A stretch of DNA of 63,432 bases, filler included, from Octopus bimaculoides (taxonomy: Eukaryota), in assembly GCF_001194135.2 (NCBI RefSeq). It is 6 parts of 6 records of this genome, joined end to end, with 100 filler letters (N's around TTAATTAATTAA, not from the genome) between each part and the next. Parts side by side here need not be neighbours in the genome. Positions count along the whole stretch, not along the records: positions 40,218 to 58,313 come from NC_068981.1; positions 58,414 to 63,432 come from NC_068997.1; 4 more parts are not named here. One strand, written 5' to 3'. A program made the position numbers and the translations under genes. The notes beneath the pieces are model-generated. The model was not told where the DNA came from. It searched no databases and saw only the letters and a program-made list of their open reading frames with translations. Position 1 is the stretch's first letter; the number at the start of each line of letters is the position of its first letter. Shown piece by piece: positions 49,045-61,075 of the stretch.

Positions 49045-49312
49045 TAGCATATGGCATAGTGGCTAAGAGTGCGGGCTACTAACCCCAAGATTCCAAGTTC
49101 AATTCCAGGCAGTAACCTGAATAATAATAACATCGAAAAATACCTTAGGAATGAGAACCCAGGTTTGAAATTTCCCCAAGAGACCTGATGAAGACTGATC
49201 GGTATATCAGCCAAAAAATTGTGTTGACAACAAATAAGATAAGGACAAATATCCGTCAAATGTAAATGCTGTAAATAATGTACATAATTCCTCATCTCTT
49301 AAATATAGAACT
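49045..49312 (+). mobile_element. tRNA-headed SINE-like element with Penelope-type hammerhead-bearing tail (core decayed)
   Basis: A box TGGCATAGTGG (49052), anticodon-like loop CT-ACT-AA, B box AGTTCAATTCC, short (AAT)n, then CTGATGA (49185)-CTGA..TCAG stem; the GAAAC position reads AAAAA. Confidence 0.75.
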
Positions 49313-49864
49313 AAATTACACATATATTGTCTGTACAAGTGTTTCATATCAATAGTCTGTTGCTGTGGTCAATTCACAAATAGAAAGTATGTATATGCAT
49401 TATGAGAATTCTTTACTTTTGGCTTTAAAATATTCTTTATTAACGATTATGAGTCTACAACTGCTATAAGCTAGAGATTTATTGCGCTTTATTACTTTAG
49501 GAAATTATTCCAGATGTTGTATAATAAGATATTAATGTAATTTTAGTCATATTAAAAATGACGCATTTTACAGAACAGTTTTAAAATTACATTATAGAAG
49601 TAATTGTACTAATATTAATTTTCAACATTAAATCTAACTTCTTTATTTATTTATGATCTACGACTGCTGTAAGAAAATCATTTTTAATTTTCCAAACTGA
49701 GTGAAAGATGAATATAAACCATTCCGATTACGAAGGGTATCTAACCAGGAAACTTTTTCAAAAAAGACTTATAAAAAATGTAAACATGTGTAAATTTCCG
49801 AATCATTATTAGGGCGACGAATTTTTCAAATAATAAAGTATTGTTATGGGTGTAATTCATTTTT

Positions 49865-50465
49865 CAACATATTTTTTGAATAGTAAAAATATTGATATAA
49901 ATGCAGAGTGCGTGTTAAAGAACAGATTTTGAAATAACAAAGTATTCTTAGGAATGTAACGTGTGCCAAAACCTGTTTGCATAGTAATAAAGAGCTTTCA
50001 GGGGAGAAAAGCATGTGTAAGTATATTTTAAAACACAATAAAGTATTGTTAAAGCACAACTGTTTGTCAAACCTAGATTTTGGAATGGTAAAGAATAAAG
50101 TGCAATATCTGTCAAAAACGTTTTTAGAATTGTATTGTTGAGAGGACAAGGCATGTCATAAACGGTTTCTATGAAGTTAAGTCTTGTCGGAGGTGTAACG
50201 TGTTTCAAAAATACAGTTTGTAGAAGAGGAAAGAAATACTGGGAATGTAATACGTGTGTCGAAGTAGATTTTAGAAAAGTAGTGGGTGCAACAAGTGTTG
50301 AAAACTGTTTTTTGAACAGTAAAATTGTTAAGAGAGGAAAAACGTATCGAAACAAATTTTTTGAACAGTAAAATGTTGTTTGATGCAGAACTTGTCTAAA
50401 AAAAAGTTTGATTTTTTAACAGCAAAATATTGTTAGGGGCGGAATTTGTGTTGAAAACATTTTTT
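49865..50465. repeat. Ancient minisatellite, about 12 degenerate units of 41-56 bp
   Basis: Recurring TTTTGAACAGTAAAATATTGTT...TGYAAYRTGTGTCRAAAAC pattern at about 49-bp spacing. Confidence 0.7.
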
Positions 50466-50564
50466 TCTATTTTCTAGATATATATATATATATATTTTAG
50501 AGATGAGGAATTCTGTACACCATTTACATTAGATGAATATGTGTCCACATCTTGTTTGTTGTTA

Positions 50565-50610
50565 CCACAACGTTTCGGCTTATTTACTCTCCAGCCTTCA
50601 TCAGGTGTCC
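50565..50610 (-). ncRNA. Minimal type I hammerhead ribozyme motif (PLE-type), intact core, within repeat 50488-50625
   Basis: Minus strand ACAC-CTGATGA-A-GGCT-ggagagtaaata-AGCC-GAAAC-GTT-GTG: conserved CUGAUGA and GAAA boxes, 4-bp stem II, 3-bp stem I, palindromic minimal stem III, GUU cleavage triplet. Activity untested. Confidence 0.7.
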
Positions 50611-51109
50611 TGGAGGGATTTTGTACCCAACAGGAGACAGTTGAGGCTGTGGTCTTAGTAGAAAATTATAACACTAAATTTGAGAATCTCAAAAGATAAA
50701 AATCATAATGGCTTAGTTAGGCATTTTGAGCCAGCCATTATAATCATTACATCGGGAGATGAAGAAGAACCATATTCTTGTTAAGAAAGCCCTTCGTAAG
50801 AAGATATTGAATCATTCTGGTTTTCTCTCCCTTCTTTGTACATTTTTATTTATGCTCCCACCCCAAGCCTCTCAAAATAAGTTGCAGATTTATTGCTTGT
50901 TGTGTGGGCATTGGGTGCAATGTACTTTCCAAATTGACCTTTCAACCAAAGATTTGAATACGTCCCCTATTAACCCACACAATGGATGATGCTTCTGGAG
51001 GTCTTACTCACACCAGGCACCGAGATGGTATTTATATTGGACTAAATTTGGATATGAAAACATCTTTTATCTTTTACTTGTTTCTGTTATTAAAGAGCGG
51101 CTATGCTGG

Positions 51110-51289
51110 GACACCACACTGAAGAATTTTTAGCCAAATGAATCAATCCCAGTACTTGTGTTTTAAAAGCCTGCTACTTATTCTATCGTTCTTTTGCTGA
51201 ATAGGGACATAAGCAAACCAACACCTGTTGTCAATCAGTGGTGGGTACAAACACTCGCACACAAATATGCACACACGCAAGCACACACC

Positions 51290-51327
<38 letters not shown>

Positions 51328-51520
51328 CACACACACATACACACACACACACACACAGACATATGATAGGCTTTCAGTTTCTGTCAACGAATCCAGTGAC
51401 AGGGCTTTGGTCAGCCCAGAGCTATAGTAGAAGGCACACCTGCTCAAGATGTCACTCTGTGGGACTAAACCCTGAACCACGTAGTTGGGGAACAAACTTC
51501 TTACCACACAGCTACGCCTG
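51110..51520 (-). mobile_element. CORE-like SINE with internal (CA)n
   Basis: Reverse complement of the 47.8-kb family. Confidence 0.8.
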
Positions 51521-51933
51521 CGATATTAATCAATATTAGAATCTATATTATACATTAATTTGAGACAGAAACGAGAAACTGGCTTTCTCTCATTAGAGGG
51601 ATTATTTCTCTTCTGAATCTCAAATGGATTCTTACAATATTGAATATCAACTCTACGTTGAAAATCTTAGCAGCTAATTTACTCTTCACATCGCAAAGAT
51701 CAATTTTAGTTGAGTCACTATGCTATACTGGACATTACTGTGTATAATGTATGGTATCTATACATGACATTTTAACCTGTCCTTCTACGCTAAACAACTG
51801 AATGTCTTGTTTAGCTAAAACAGCACAGTTAAAAACAAATAGCATAAAAAGTAGATTTAAGTAGCAGCTAATACGTGAGAGAGAGAGGGGTGAGATGGAA
51901 ACAGAGACAGAAAGAGAGGAAAACCGAGAGAGA

Positions 51934-51966
<33 letters not shown>

Positions 51967-53354
51967 NNNNNNNNNNNNNNNNNNNNNNNNNNNNNNNNNN
52001 NNNNNNNNNNNNNNNNNNNNNNNNNNNNNNNNNNNNNNNNNNNNNNNNNNNNNNNNNNNNNNNNNNNNNNNNNNNNNNNNNNNNNNNNNNNNNNNNNNNN
52101 NNNNNNNNNNNNNNNNNNNNNNNNNNNNNNNNNNNNNNNNNNNNNNNNNNNNNNNNNNNNNNNNNNNNNNNNNNNNNNNNNNNNNNNNNNNNNNNNNNNN
52201 NNNNNNNNNNNNNNNNNNNNNNNNNNNNNNNNNNNNNNNNNNNNNNNNNNNNNNNNNNNNNNNNNNNNNNNNNNNNNNNNNNNNNNNNNNNNNNNNNNNN
52301 NNNNNNNNNNNNNNNNNNNNNNNNNNNNNNNNNNNNNNNNNNNNNNNNNNNNNNNNNNNNNNNNNNNNNNNNNNNNNNNNNNNNNNNNNNNNNNNNNNNN
52401 NNNNNNNNTATATATATTAACTGTCTGAGAAAATTGTTTTGTTGAGTTTTGAATGTAATCTTAACAGTATCACCAGATATGTTAGTCGCCTTATGATACT
52501 TGAAGTCAATATCTTCAGGCAATATTCATAAATAATCATGAGCTATTTTCACTCTTTTAGTATTTCCATGTGGTGGATATTGATCGGAAAAATAATGATT
52601 TCTTACATAGGTACAACGCTACAAATTCTAAGGTGTGCTATCTATCAAGTAAATAAACTGCGATAACTGACTGCTACTTATTTTATCAACACTGCAAGGA
52701 TGCATAGTAATTTTCATACAACCACATGAAGTCGTGGTCATTCGACATTTTTTCCCCTGGTTTATTGAAGAAATTAGAGAGCAGAACTATTTAGTCAGGC
52801 AAAGATTCCATTAGAAAAATTCAAAGTGGTTTTCCCACTCTCTTCTCACAGAATTCAATCAGAGCAGAAACAGTGGTTCTACTCCCATTCTGCTTCAGCT
52901 AATCATATCCCAAAATATGTTTTAGTTTCAGTGAGGCATTATTTTGTCGCACCTGTATGCTGCCAGGTGTTAAACATATTAATTTCGCTTATTTTTACCT
53001 CGTTCTCCTTTCACATCACATCATTCTCTTTCACGCTACACATGTCACAAGTGAAACACAAAAAGGATTTTAATTCCTGAAGATATTCATCACACTACTA
53101 CTATAACCCTCTTAACTCAAAGATTTATGTACATATGTGTTTATGTATGTCATTATTCAGTTTCATTTCAAGATTTCTTGCCAAATAGAGAAAGAGTCGG
53201 TTTCTAATCTACACCCAAGACTCCTTTATTGGAATTTCAGCAACATCAACAGGGCATTTTTGTATGTATGTATGCATATATGCAAATTTGTATGTTCTGT
53301 TTTTTGTATGTATTCTCATGCATACAATCGCATATCTAGACATGATCATATATA

Positions 53355-54598
53355 CAGGGTGTGTAAGATATTTGAGGACAGATCCATGTTAATAAAAAAA
53401 CGGATATATATAACAGATAACTTTATTTATCAAAAAATACTATCAGGATAAAAATAAACCATTTTTCCTATAATGTTATTCAATAAAGCCACCTTCAGCT
53501 TCAACAACTGCTTCTATATGAGATCTAAATCATCTCCATGCTTGAATCAAGTGGTCCTGGTTCATTTTGGACATTACTCTGACTATGGCAGCTTTCAAAG
53601 AATCTTTGGTGTTATGGGCATGTTCATAGACCTCTCTCTCAACAACGCTCCACATGTAATAGTCCAATGGATTGAGATCTGGGGAATTAGGAGGCCAAAT
53701 GTTAGGGGTTATGTGATCATGAAAATTTTCAGCCATCCATTCCTGTGTCACAAGAGCCATGTGTGATGGTGCAGAGTTTTACTGAAACACATATGGCCTT
53801 CCATTGCATACACTGTCTATCCAGGGCTTAACAATTGTTTTCGGGACCTCAATGTAGGCAGCAGAGTTAACTCTAAGGCCTAATGGAAAGAAGTAAGGAG
53901 GCATCACATGTCCTTCATTGCTGACAACCCCTAAAACCATGACAGTTGCTGGAAATGTTGTGTGCATAACACTTGGAAATTCAGAAGGGTCTGCACATAA
54001 CCATCTGTCATTTCTTCTGTTAACGTTTTGATCTTGGTCGAAGTTTTTCTCGTTTAAAGAAAACCAAATCAAATCTTATTCTCCTGGATTGTTTAAGAAC
54101 CTTTTAAATCTGATGTAGTGATTTTCTTTTGCTTTTTCTGACAAATTAACGTTTCTTCATTATATAATACTTATATCCGATGTCTTCGTGGACAACATTT
54201 CTGACTGTTCCTTCTGACACATGGAGATCATTTGCAATTGATTTCATGGACTTTCTGGGATTGTAATCAATGGTCTGTTGAACTTGTTGGATAAATTCAA
54301 GTGTTCTGATGATGAGCATTTAGAATGCTTTTATGCTTTGATACTGGTGATACGTTTCTATCTTCAGTCTCTAGCTTCTTACAAACTTTGTAAACGAAAG
54401 ACCTGGCAACTTTAAAAATCGATATTTCTAAATCGCTATACTCAGCCTTTATAACCACAATAATGACATGCCTCTTCCTTTCTTGAGTAAGCTGACGGTC
54501 TACCATTATTATTTTCTGAAACAAAGATTATACAGAGTTAGCAAAAAATGCAGCAATGACCCAAGAAAAGTATGTTCTCAAATACCTTATGCATCCTG
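53355..54598 (-). mobile_element. Full-length maT (DD37D) transposon, 1244 bp, transposase pseudogene
   Basis: TA|CAGGGTGTGTAAGATATTTGAG..CTCAAATACCTTATGCATCCTG|TA; remnants WFSLNEKNF, YVFQ*NSAPSH, WPPNSPDLNPLDYY with 37 residues between catalytic positions 2 and 3. Confidence 0.93.
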
Positions 54599-54604
54599 TA
54601 CTTA

Positions 54605-54845
54605 AATGATAAACTTGAGTCATGACTCCCGGATGTCCACCTGCTGTCTGTTTTAGTATACCTTAAGTGGGATTGGTTTCTTTGGATTCTTAGCACTGCT
54701 GTGACATGTGCTGCGGCCCTGAAAAGGACTAAGTACCTGTTTCCAGGTGTGAGGGTTCTTTTTTCTCACGGTCCCGGTGGGATTCGAACCCGGATTACCG
54801 GCTCCAGAGGTGCAGGCCTACACAACTACGCCAATCTGGCACTCG
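54605..54845 (-). mobile_element. tRNA-derived SINE or tRNA pseudogene with downstream body
   Basis: Minus strand TTGGCGTAGTTG A box and GGGTTCGAATCCC B box, 3' CGGGACC; acceptor and anticodon stems do not pair well. Confidence 0.5.
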
Positions 54846-54859
54846 CTTGAATTGGAGAA

Positions 54860-55040
54860 AATTAAGCCTTATGAAGTTGGCCTTTGTTCCTCCTAGACCA
54901 GATCCAACTTGAGGCCTTTTCTGCTGCTTCTCATTGTGTCAGATCTTTGTTCCAGTCAACTTTAACAGGCTTCAGGATGCAAGGCCAAGGAGAAAAGCTG
55001 CTGCAGACATACCACTTGCACTGACCTGTAATCCTTATAC
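54860..55040 (-). pseudogene. Possible HERO-like RLE LINE C-terminal remnant
   Basis: Minus-strand EAAEKASSWIWSRR resembles the EAAEKASxWLWxKR end of HERO-clade ORFs; upstream sequence is poorly conserved. Confidence 0.35.
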
Positions 55041-55067
55041 TTGCAGCATCTATATATATATATATAG

Positions 55068-55440
55068 ATGGCCCAGGGGTCAGGACAGCGGACTCGCGGT
55101 CATGGGATCGCGGTTTCGATTCCCAGACCGGGCGTTGTGAGTGTTTATTGAGCAAAAACACCTAAAGCTCCACCAGGCTCCGGCAGGGGATGGTGGCGAA
55201 CCCTGCTGTACTCTTTCACCACAACTTTCTCTCACTCTTACTTCCTGTTTCTGTTGTGCCTGTAATTCAAAGGGTCAGCCTTGTCACACTGTGTCACGCT
55301 GAATATCCCTGAGAACTACATTAAGGGTACACGTGTCTGTGGAGTGCTCAGCCACTTGCACGTTAATTTCACGAGCAGGCTGTTCCGTTGATCGGATCAA
55401 CTGGAACCCTTGACGTCGTAAGCGACGGAGTGCCAACGAC
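55068..55440 (+). mobile_element. Full-length tRNA-headed SINE (third family, (AAC)n-type tail)
   Basis: TGGCCCAGGGG A box, GGTTTCGATTCCC B box; further copies at 55575-55690, 58414-58725 and 35632-35820. Confidence 0.88.
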
Positions 55441-55574
55441 TATGTATGTATGTATATATATATATATTGAGAATAACAAGGTAGTCACAATGTTGGATGA
55501 TTATATATTTTTTATTTACATTTTTAGTGCTTTCTTCTGTTATTGGATTTATCAAAAAAGTGGTTTACAGTAAG

Positions 55575-55690
55575 TTGTGGAGTGTCTGTAGAGTGCTCAG
55601 TCACTTGCACGTTAATTTCCCAAGCAGGCTGTTCCTTTGATTGGATCAACCGGAACCCTCGTCGTCGCAACCGACGGAGTGTCACAACTT
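55575..55690 (+). mobile_element. 3' fragment of the same SINE family
   Basis: GTGCTCAGTCACTTGCACGTTAATTT..GGATCAACCGGAACCCTCGTCGTCGCAACCGACGGAGTG. Confidence 0.85.
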
Positions 55691-56504
55691 GATCACTACT
55701 GATCCTATGTTAAGCAAAAGCAACTTAAAGATTATTTTAGGACTTGAAATAAAACACGAATCTTCAATATTAATTAGCTAAGACTTTAATAATTCAATAA
55801 TTCTTTTCCTTGAGGACATGTCCTTTACAGCAAAACTTCATTATAATTCGAGACATAATTAAGAGAACGATACTGATCAAGAAAGATAAATATAATGACA
55901 ATAACAACAAAATAAAGGTAGTGTTTATGATGGTGAGATGCAATGATGTGAATGATAATGATGCTGACGATGATGATGGTGTTCGTTGACAAGAATCAAA
56001 TATAGAAAACCAAGTTCCTTTCCTTTCCACTGATGAAATTCTACAATGTTGTAGGATACACTTCATTCCAGGATTAATGTTACAGAGACTTGCAAACAGT
56101 TTGTGAATGCAAGTGCAGTCAGTTGAAAACTCCACGTGCTGCTGACGTAGCATGGACACAGGTGTGGCTGTGTGATAGTAAGTCTTCTTTCCAACCACAG
56201 CAAAAAGTGAGCGCTCAAATAACTCGCTTCATCACTTAATGTCACTTTCTCCCTCGCTTCCAGCGTATCACTACCGTCCCCTTTCACCTCCAGCGTATCA
56301 CCCATTTTGCCACAAATATTTGAACAATGGGTTCAGAAGCTGTTTCTTTTTAACCATAAATCCATCTTCCAGAACACATACCAGGCCGGGATCATGCAGT
56401 GAAAGATATAAGATACGGGTTGTCAGATTCAATTTGTTTGTTTGTTTGTTTGTTTGTTTCTTTTTTTTTATTGCCCACATAGAGGGGACAAACAAGGACG
56501 GACA

Positions 56505-56635
56505 AATTTATCGACCCCGAAAGGATGAAAGGCAAAGTCGACCTCGGCAGAATTTGAGCTCAGAACGTAACGGCAAACGAAATACCGCTAAGCATTTCGC
56601 CCGGCATGCTAACGTTTCTGCCAGCTCACCGCCTT
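56505..56635 (-). mobile_element. Nin/Deu-like SINE 5' half
   Basis: Reverse complement reads GGCGGTGAGCTGGCAGAAACGTTAGC..GAGGTCGACTTTGCCTTTCATCCTTTCGGGGTCGATAAAT. Confidence 0.88.
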
Positions 56636-58067
56636 GTTTCTACTTGGCAAGCTCTCACTGTATGTCTGAAAAGAGGTAAAATTTATTACAATTTCAAAAA
56701 CGATAAACAAAAGTTGTAGAGGAAGGACAGCACTTCAAAAGATCATAAAATATTACGATAAAAATATTTTTCGTGATAATTCAAATAACATTGGGAAAGA
56801 TTCAAATAAAGTGAAGAAAAACACAATTTATCTAACAAACCAATATAAATGCGGAATGGTTAATTGTGGAGTTCACACTATGATTTAGATACATGGTCAA
56901 TCTTGTATGGCTGAGACATATACATTGTAGTTGAGAAATATGATATGTTAAATTTAAAATGCAGAAACCATATTAAAATGATACAGTGAAAGAAAATTCC
57001 CTTTGGCAAATTATGGCAGCAAGATGAAACCTGATTAATACAATAGATATAGTGACTCGTTAGACAAAATGTCATCACTAAAGCTTTTATCTTTCTTTAT
57101 TGAGATGTTAAATTAAAGGAAATAAATAAATAACATAAATAACCCAGCCAGCATGACTCTTTAAGTAATGAATACATCGAGACATTCAAATGTATATATG
57201 TATATTAATATATATATATATATTTGTATGTGTGTGTGTGCATGTACACGTACATACATACATACATATTTACATACATACATGCACGTGTGTAAGTATG
57301 TCTATATTCACTGATATTTACAAAGTCAAGAGATACCTACATCAAACAAGAAATATATAGCGGTTATATGACATTGGGCCTGATATTCTTCTGAAAACAA
57401 TAATGACACAAATCTAATTAAATATAATACAAAACTAATTTCTATTCACTGTGATGTACTTATGACAAATCAGCTTACAATACTTAGTTAAAAATTTCGA
57501 TAATCCTTGAGGTTAGACTTTCTTTCATATATAATGAATAGATAGGGATAAAGTACCCGGTCGAGTACCGTACAAGCACTCAGTTATAACTTAGGTTAAC
57601 CAGTCGAAACTAAAAAGATACAAATGCAATTCCAACATGGTTACGCAGCAGAAACAGGCGTCGGATACATTTAAGTCAAATATGGTGTATAATTGACAGT
57701 AGAAATAAAGAAAGCATGCAAGTGCATATTTTCGTTGTACTCATTGTAATTGTCTTATATATATATATATATATATAACTGAGGGTTTGCGTGTGTGTAT
57801 ATACAACACTGAAACTCGAGAACTACCCAAATGATTTCATTCAAGTTTTACACATGCATTACTGAGGGTCCTTGGAGTGTCATGGGTTGAAACGTTTTTA
57901 ACTTCTTGCCTAATGTCAGTCCAGAGTAATCTCTTAGACTGTTTTGGTATTGCTTGTCAAAAGTGAAACAATAGCATCGCTATTGTAATGTGATATAACG
58001 GTTTCACTTTTATATCGTTTCACTTTGAATAGTTTCATTTCTATTAGTTTCACTATGTATGTATATA

Positions 58068-58313
58068 TATCATCATCATCATCATCATCGTTTAACGTCC
58101 GCTTTCCATGCTAGCATGGGTTGGACGATTTGACTGAGGACTGGTGAAACCGGATGGCAACACCAGGCTCCAGTCTGATTTGGCAGAGTTTCTACAGCTG
58201 GATGCCCTTCCTAACGCCAACCACTCAGAGAGTGTAGTGGGTGCTTTTACGTGTCACCCGCACGAAAACGGCCACGCTCGAAATGGTGTCTTTTATGTGC
58301 CACCCGCACAAGC
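58068..58313 (-). mobile_element. RTE 3' UTR copy (cut by gap)
   Basis: (CAT)n-CGTTTAACGTCCGCTTTCCATGCTAGCATGGGTTGGACG.., near-identical to the 28.3 and 45.5 kb copies. Confidence 0.9.
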
Positions 58314-58413
58314 NNNNNNNNNNNNNNNNNNNNNNNNNNNNNNNNNNNNNNNNNNNNTTAATTAATTAANNNNNNNNNNNNNNNNNNNNNNNNNNNNNNN
58401 NNNNNNNNNNNNN

Positions 58414-58725
58414 TTGTGAGTGTTTATTGAGCGAAAACACCTAATGCTCCACGAGGCTCCGGCAGGGGATGATGGCGAACCCTGCTGTACTCTTCCACCA
58501 CAACTTTCTCTCACTCTTACTTGCTGTTTCTGTTGTGCCAGTAATTCAAAAGGTCAGCCTTGTCACACTGTGTCACGCTGAATATCCCCAAGAACTGCGT
58601 TAAGGGTACACGTGTCTGTGGAGTGCTCAGCCACTTGCACGTTAATTTCACGAGCAGGCTGTTCCGTTGATCGAATCAACTGAAACCCTCGACGTCGTAA
58701 GCGACGGAGTGCCAACAACAACAAC
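58414..58725 (+). mobile_element. SINE, same family as 55068, head lost in gap
   Basis: High identity to 55135-55440; (AAC)n tail. Confidence 0.9.
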
Positions 58726-58904
58726 TTCAGTTTGATTTGGTTATGTTGTCAAGTATAGTATATATATATATACATACATACATACATTTATTTTTGTATC
58801 TGGTTTGCAAGATTCTTTATGTGAATTCGTCTGATTCATGTTGTCTTAACGCCTTATTATCTAACACACTCACCGGTTCCATTTGCACTCATTTGTTACT
58901 TATA

Positions 58905-59372
58905 TTTTTTCTTCTAAAACTTTTGCTGCTTTTGCAACCTTGTCAATGGATGTTGACTCTGTCCATTATTGCAGCTGCGTTCCTTTTGCCTGTTTGTGCG
59001 CATGTGCATGTATCAGCTTGCATGGTACATTTGTATGCACATGTGTATGTATGTGTGCATGCATGTGTACGTATGCGTGTATGTGTGTATGTATTCTGCA
59101 TATTCATGTCTTTGTGTGTGTGTGCCTGTGTGTTTGTATGTGAGTGTGTGTGTGTTTGTGCGTTTGTATGTATGAGTGTGCGTATTTGTGTATGTACTCC
59201 TGTCTCCTTGTATGTACGTGTTCGAGCGTGTCTATGTGTATGGGTCTTTGTTTTTGTATGTGCGCGTGTATGTTATGTGTGGATGTGTCTCTATATGTGT
59301 ATATGTGTCATAGTGTGTATGCGTGTGTGGAGTGTGTGTGTGTGTGCATATGGTCATGTGTTTCTGTCTCCT

Positions 59373-59412
<40 letters not shown>

Positions 59413-59450
59413 TGTCTGTCTGTATCACCTATGTACCAATCTATCTATCC
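58905..59450 (+). repeat. Left arm of long inverted repeat (unique leader plus complex TG-rich tract)
   Basis: TTTTGCAACCTTGTCAATGGATGTTGACTCTGTCCATTATTGCAGCTGCG matches the reverse complement of 61420-61480; similarity continues through the low-complexity tract. Confidence 0.8.
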
Positions 59451-59459
59451 ACCATCTCC

Positions 59460-60790
59460 TCGGCAGTGACGAAAAGCACCACAGAGCACTGGAGTAGCTG
59501 GAACATAACCACCCAAGAACAACAATCAAGAGAAAAGAATGATTGCGCATGCTATAGGAGCCAAAGTGAGAACCACCTTGAAGAACCACATAGAGAAGTT
59601 TGACAGGAAACTATACATGCAGGTTCAAGGTGCAGCCATTGATGTCAGTGTGGCTGGAGATGTGTCCGGCCCCTTTATGACCTGGACGAACAGAAAACTT
59701 AAACAAGCCCTAGCTGAACAATCCACAACTGTATTACTTTACTGTAGGTAAGCAGATGACATGAATATTCTAGTTGATACAAACCCGAGTAAATGTAGTG
59801 TGTAAACCAAGAGGAACATCATGGAAAGCGTCCAGCACGCTGCTAACCCAATCCACCAAAGTATCAAGGTAACTATAGGTTACCCTACTCGAAGCTCTAA
59901 CAATAGACTCCCTGCCCTTGATACTGAACTTTGATTAAAGATTGAAAACAACAGAGTGCAACTCCTCCCTCCTATTACATGAAACCCATAGCTTCTAAAT
60001 ATGTTGCTCACAAGAACTGAGCTTTGTCATGCAATACGAAACTCAACATACCGATAGCAGACTAATTTGGGATAATGAATAACGTATTCCCCCTATGCGA
60101 ACCCTATGAAACAAAGAAACATGTACAGAACTTCATGCAATTTTCTGGGTATGACCAGAAAGATAGGATTCGTGTATACAGGGGAGCTAGATAGAAGTTA
60201 GATAACATTATGCCTGCTCTAGATACAAAGATAAACACTGGAATAATATACAGAGAGTTTGTGACAAAGCAAAGCCAGTAGACACATAGTACAGGGCTGA
60301 TAAATATCAAGGAGTGATGTTTGTTGAGGCCAAACCCCATGGAGAAATAGCCCGTAGATTTAGGAAAGCTCTGAAGGAGACCAAACTCAACATCAGATTG
60401 TTGAAAAGCCAGGGAACTTCGTGAGATCATAGTTATGTAAGATGTACCCCTTCGAAAATTCCACATGCACAAATGAGAACTGCGTGGTATTTAAGATTAA
60501 CCCTGGCTTTAACTGTAGAACTAGAAATGTAGTCTACAGCATAAAGTGCCTAGAGGTTGCTTGTAAAGACACGAACGCAGCATTCATTGGACAGACATCT
60601 AGAAATATTGCGGAGGTAATATGATGATAAAAAAACAGTCCTCCGTGCTCTACCAACCTGCCAAAGACCAACATAGAGGCACACTCGCATTTTATCCAAG
60701 CACCCGAAGGACCCATCATTCGGACAAATACAGGAGTACTTCCTCATAAATGAAACGTCTCTCGTACTAAATAGGAAATACACGTAGAAG
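59460..60790 (+). pseudogene. Penelope-like element (Naiad-like) RT and GIY-YIG remnant
   Basis: LYMQVQGAAIDVSVAGDVSGPFMTW, LLYCR*ADDMNILV (RT); CTNENC..NCRTRNVVYSIKCLEVAC...AFIGQTSR (Cys-rich linker plus GIY-YIG); many stops and frameshifts. The clade call rests on motif recall. Confidence 0.8.
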
Positions 60791-60944
60791 TTAGTGATAC
60801 TCCAATACCCACAGAATACACATACATAGATACATTTACTAGTAGGCTGTTATTTCGGCAAATCTCTCTCTGTATATATAGGTAGACAAATGGATATGTA
60901 GGTAAATAGATAGATACATAGGTAAGTAGATAGATACATAGGTA

Positions 60945-61004
60945 AGTAGATAGATCGGTGCATAAGCAATACGGACAGACAAGCACACACAGACACACAC
61001 AGAC

Positions 61005-61075
<71 letters not shown>

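Noticed and set aside
49045-49112. SINE heads as functional tRNA genes (also 40236, 54771, 55068)
   Set aside because: Acceptor and anticodon stems are incomplete, there is no poly-T terminator, and they continue into repeat bodies.
50171-50371. Cys-containing 66-aa ORF as a C2H2 zinc-finger gene
   Set aside because: Lies in the 49-bp minisatellite; lacks His pairs, linker and 28-aa periodicity.
52849-52930. Strong acceptor TTTTCCCACTCTCTTCTCACAG as a further exon
   Set aside because: No clear donor or frame choice and no recognisable peptide; too weak to list as a feature.
59460-60790. Selenocysteine recoding, as reported for some Naiad elements
   Set aside because: The stop at the RT active site is TAA, and the TGA codons near the GIY-YIG end accompany frameshift decay; no SECIS recognised.
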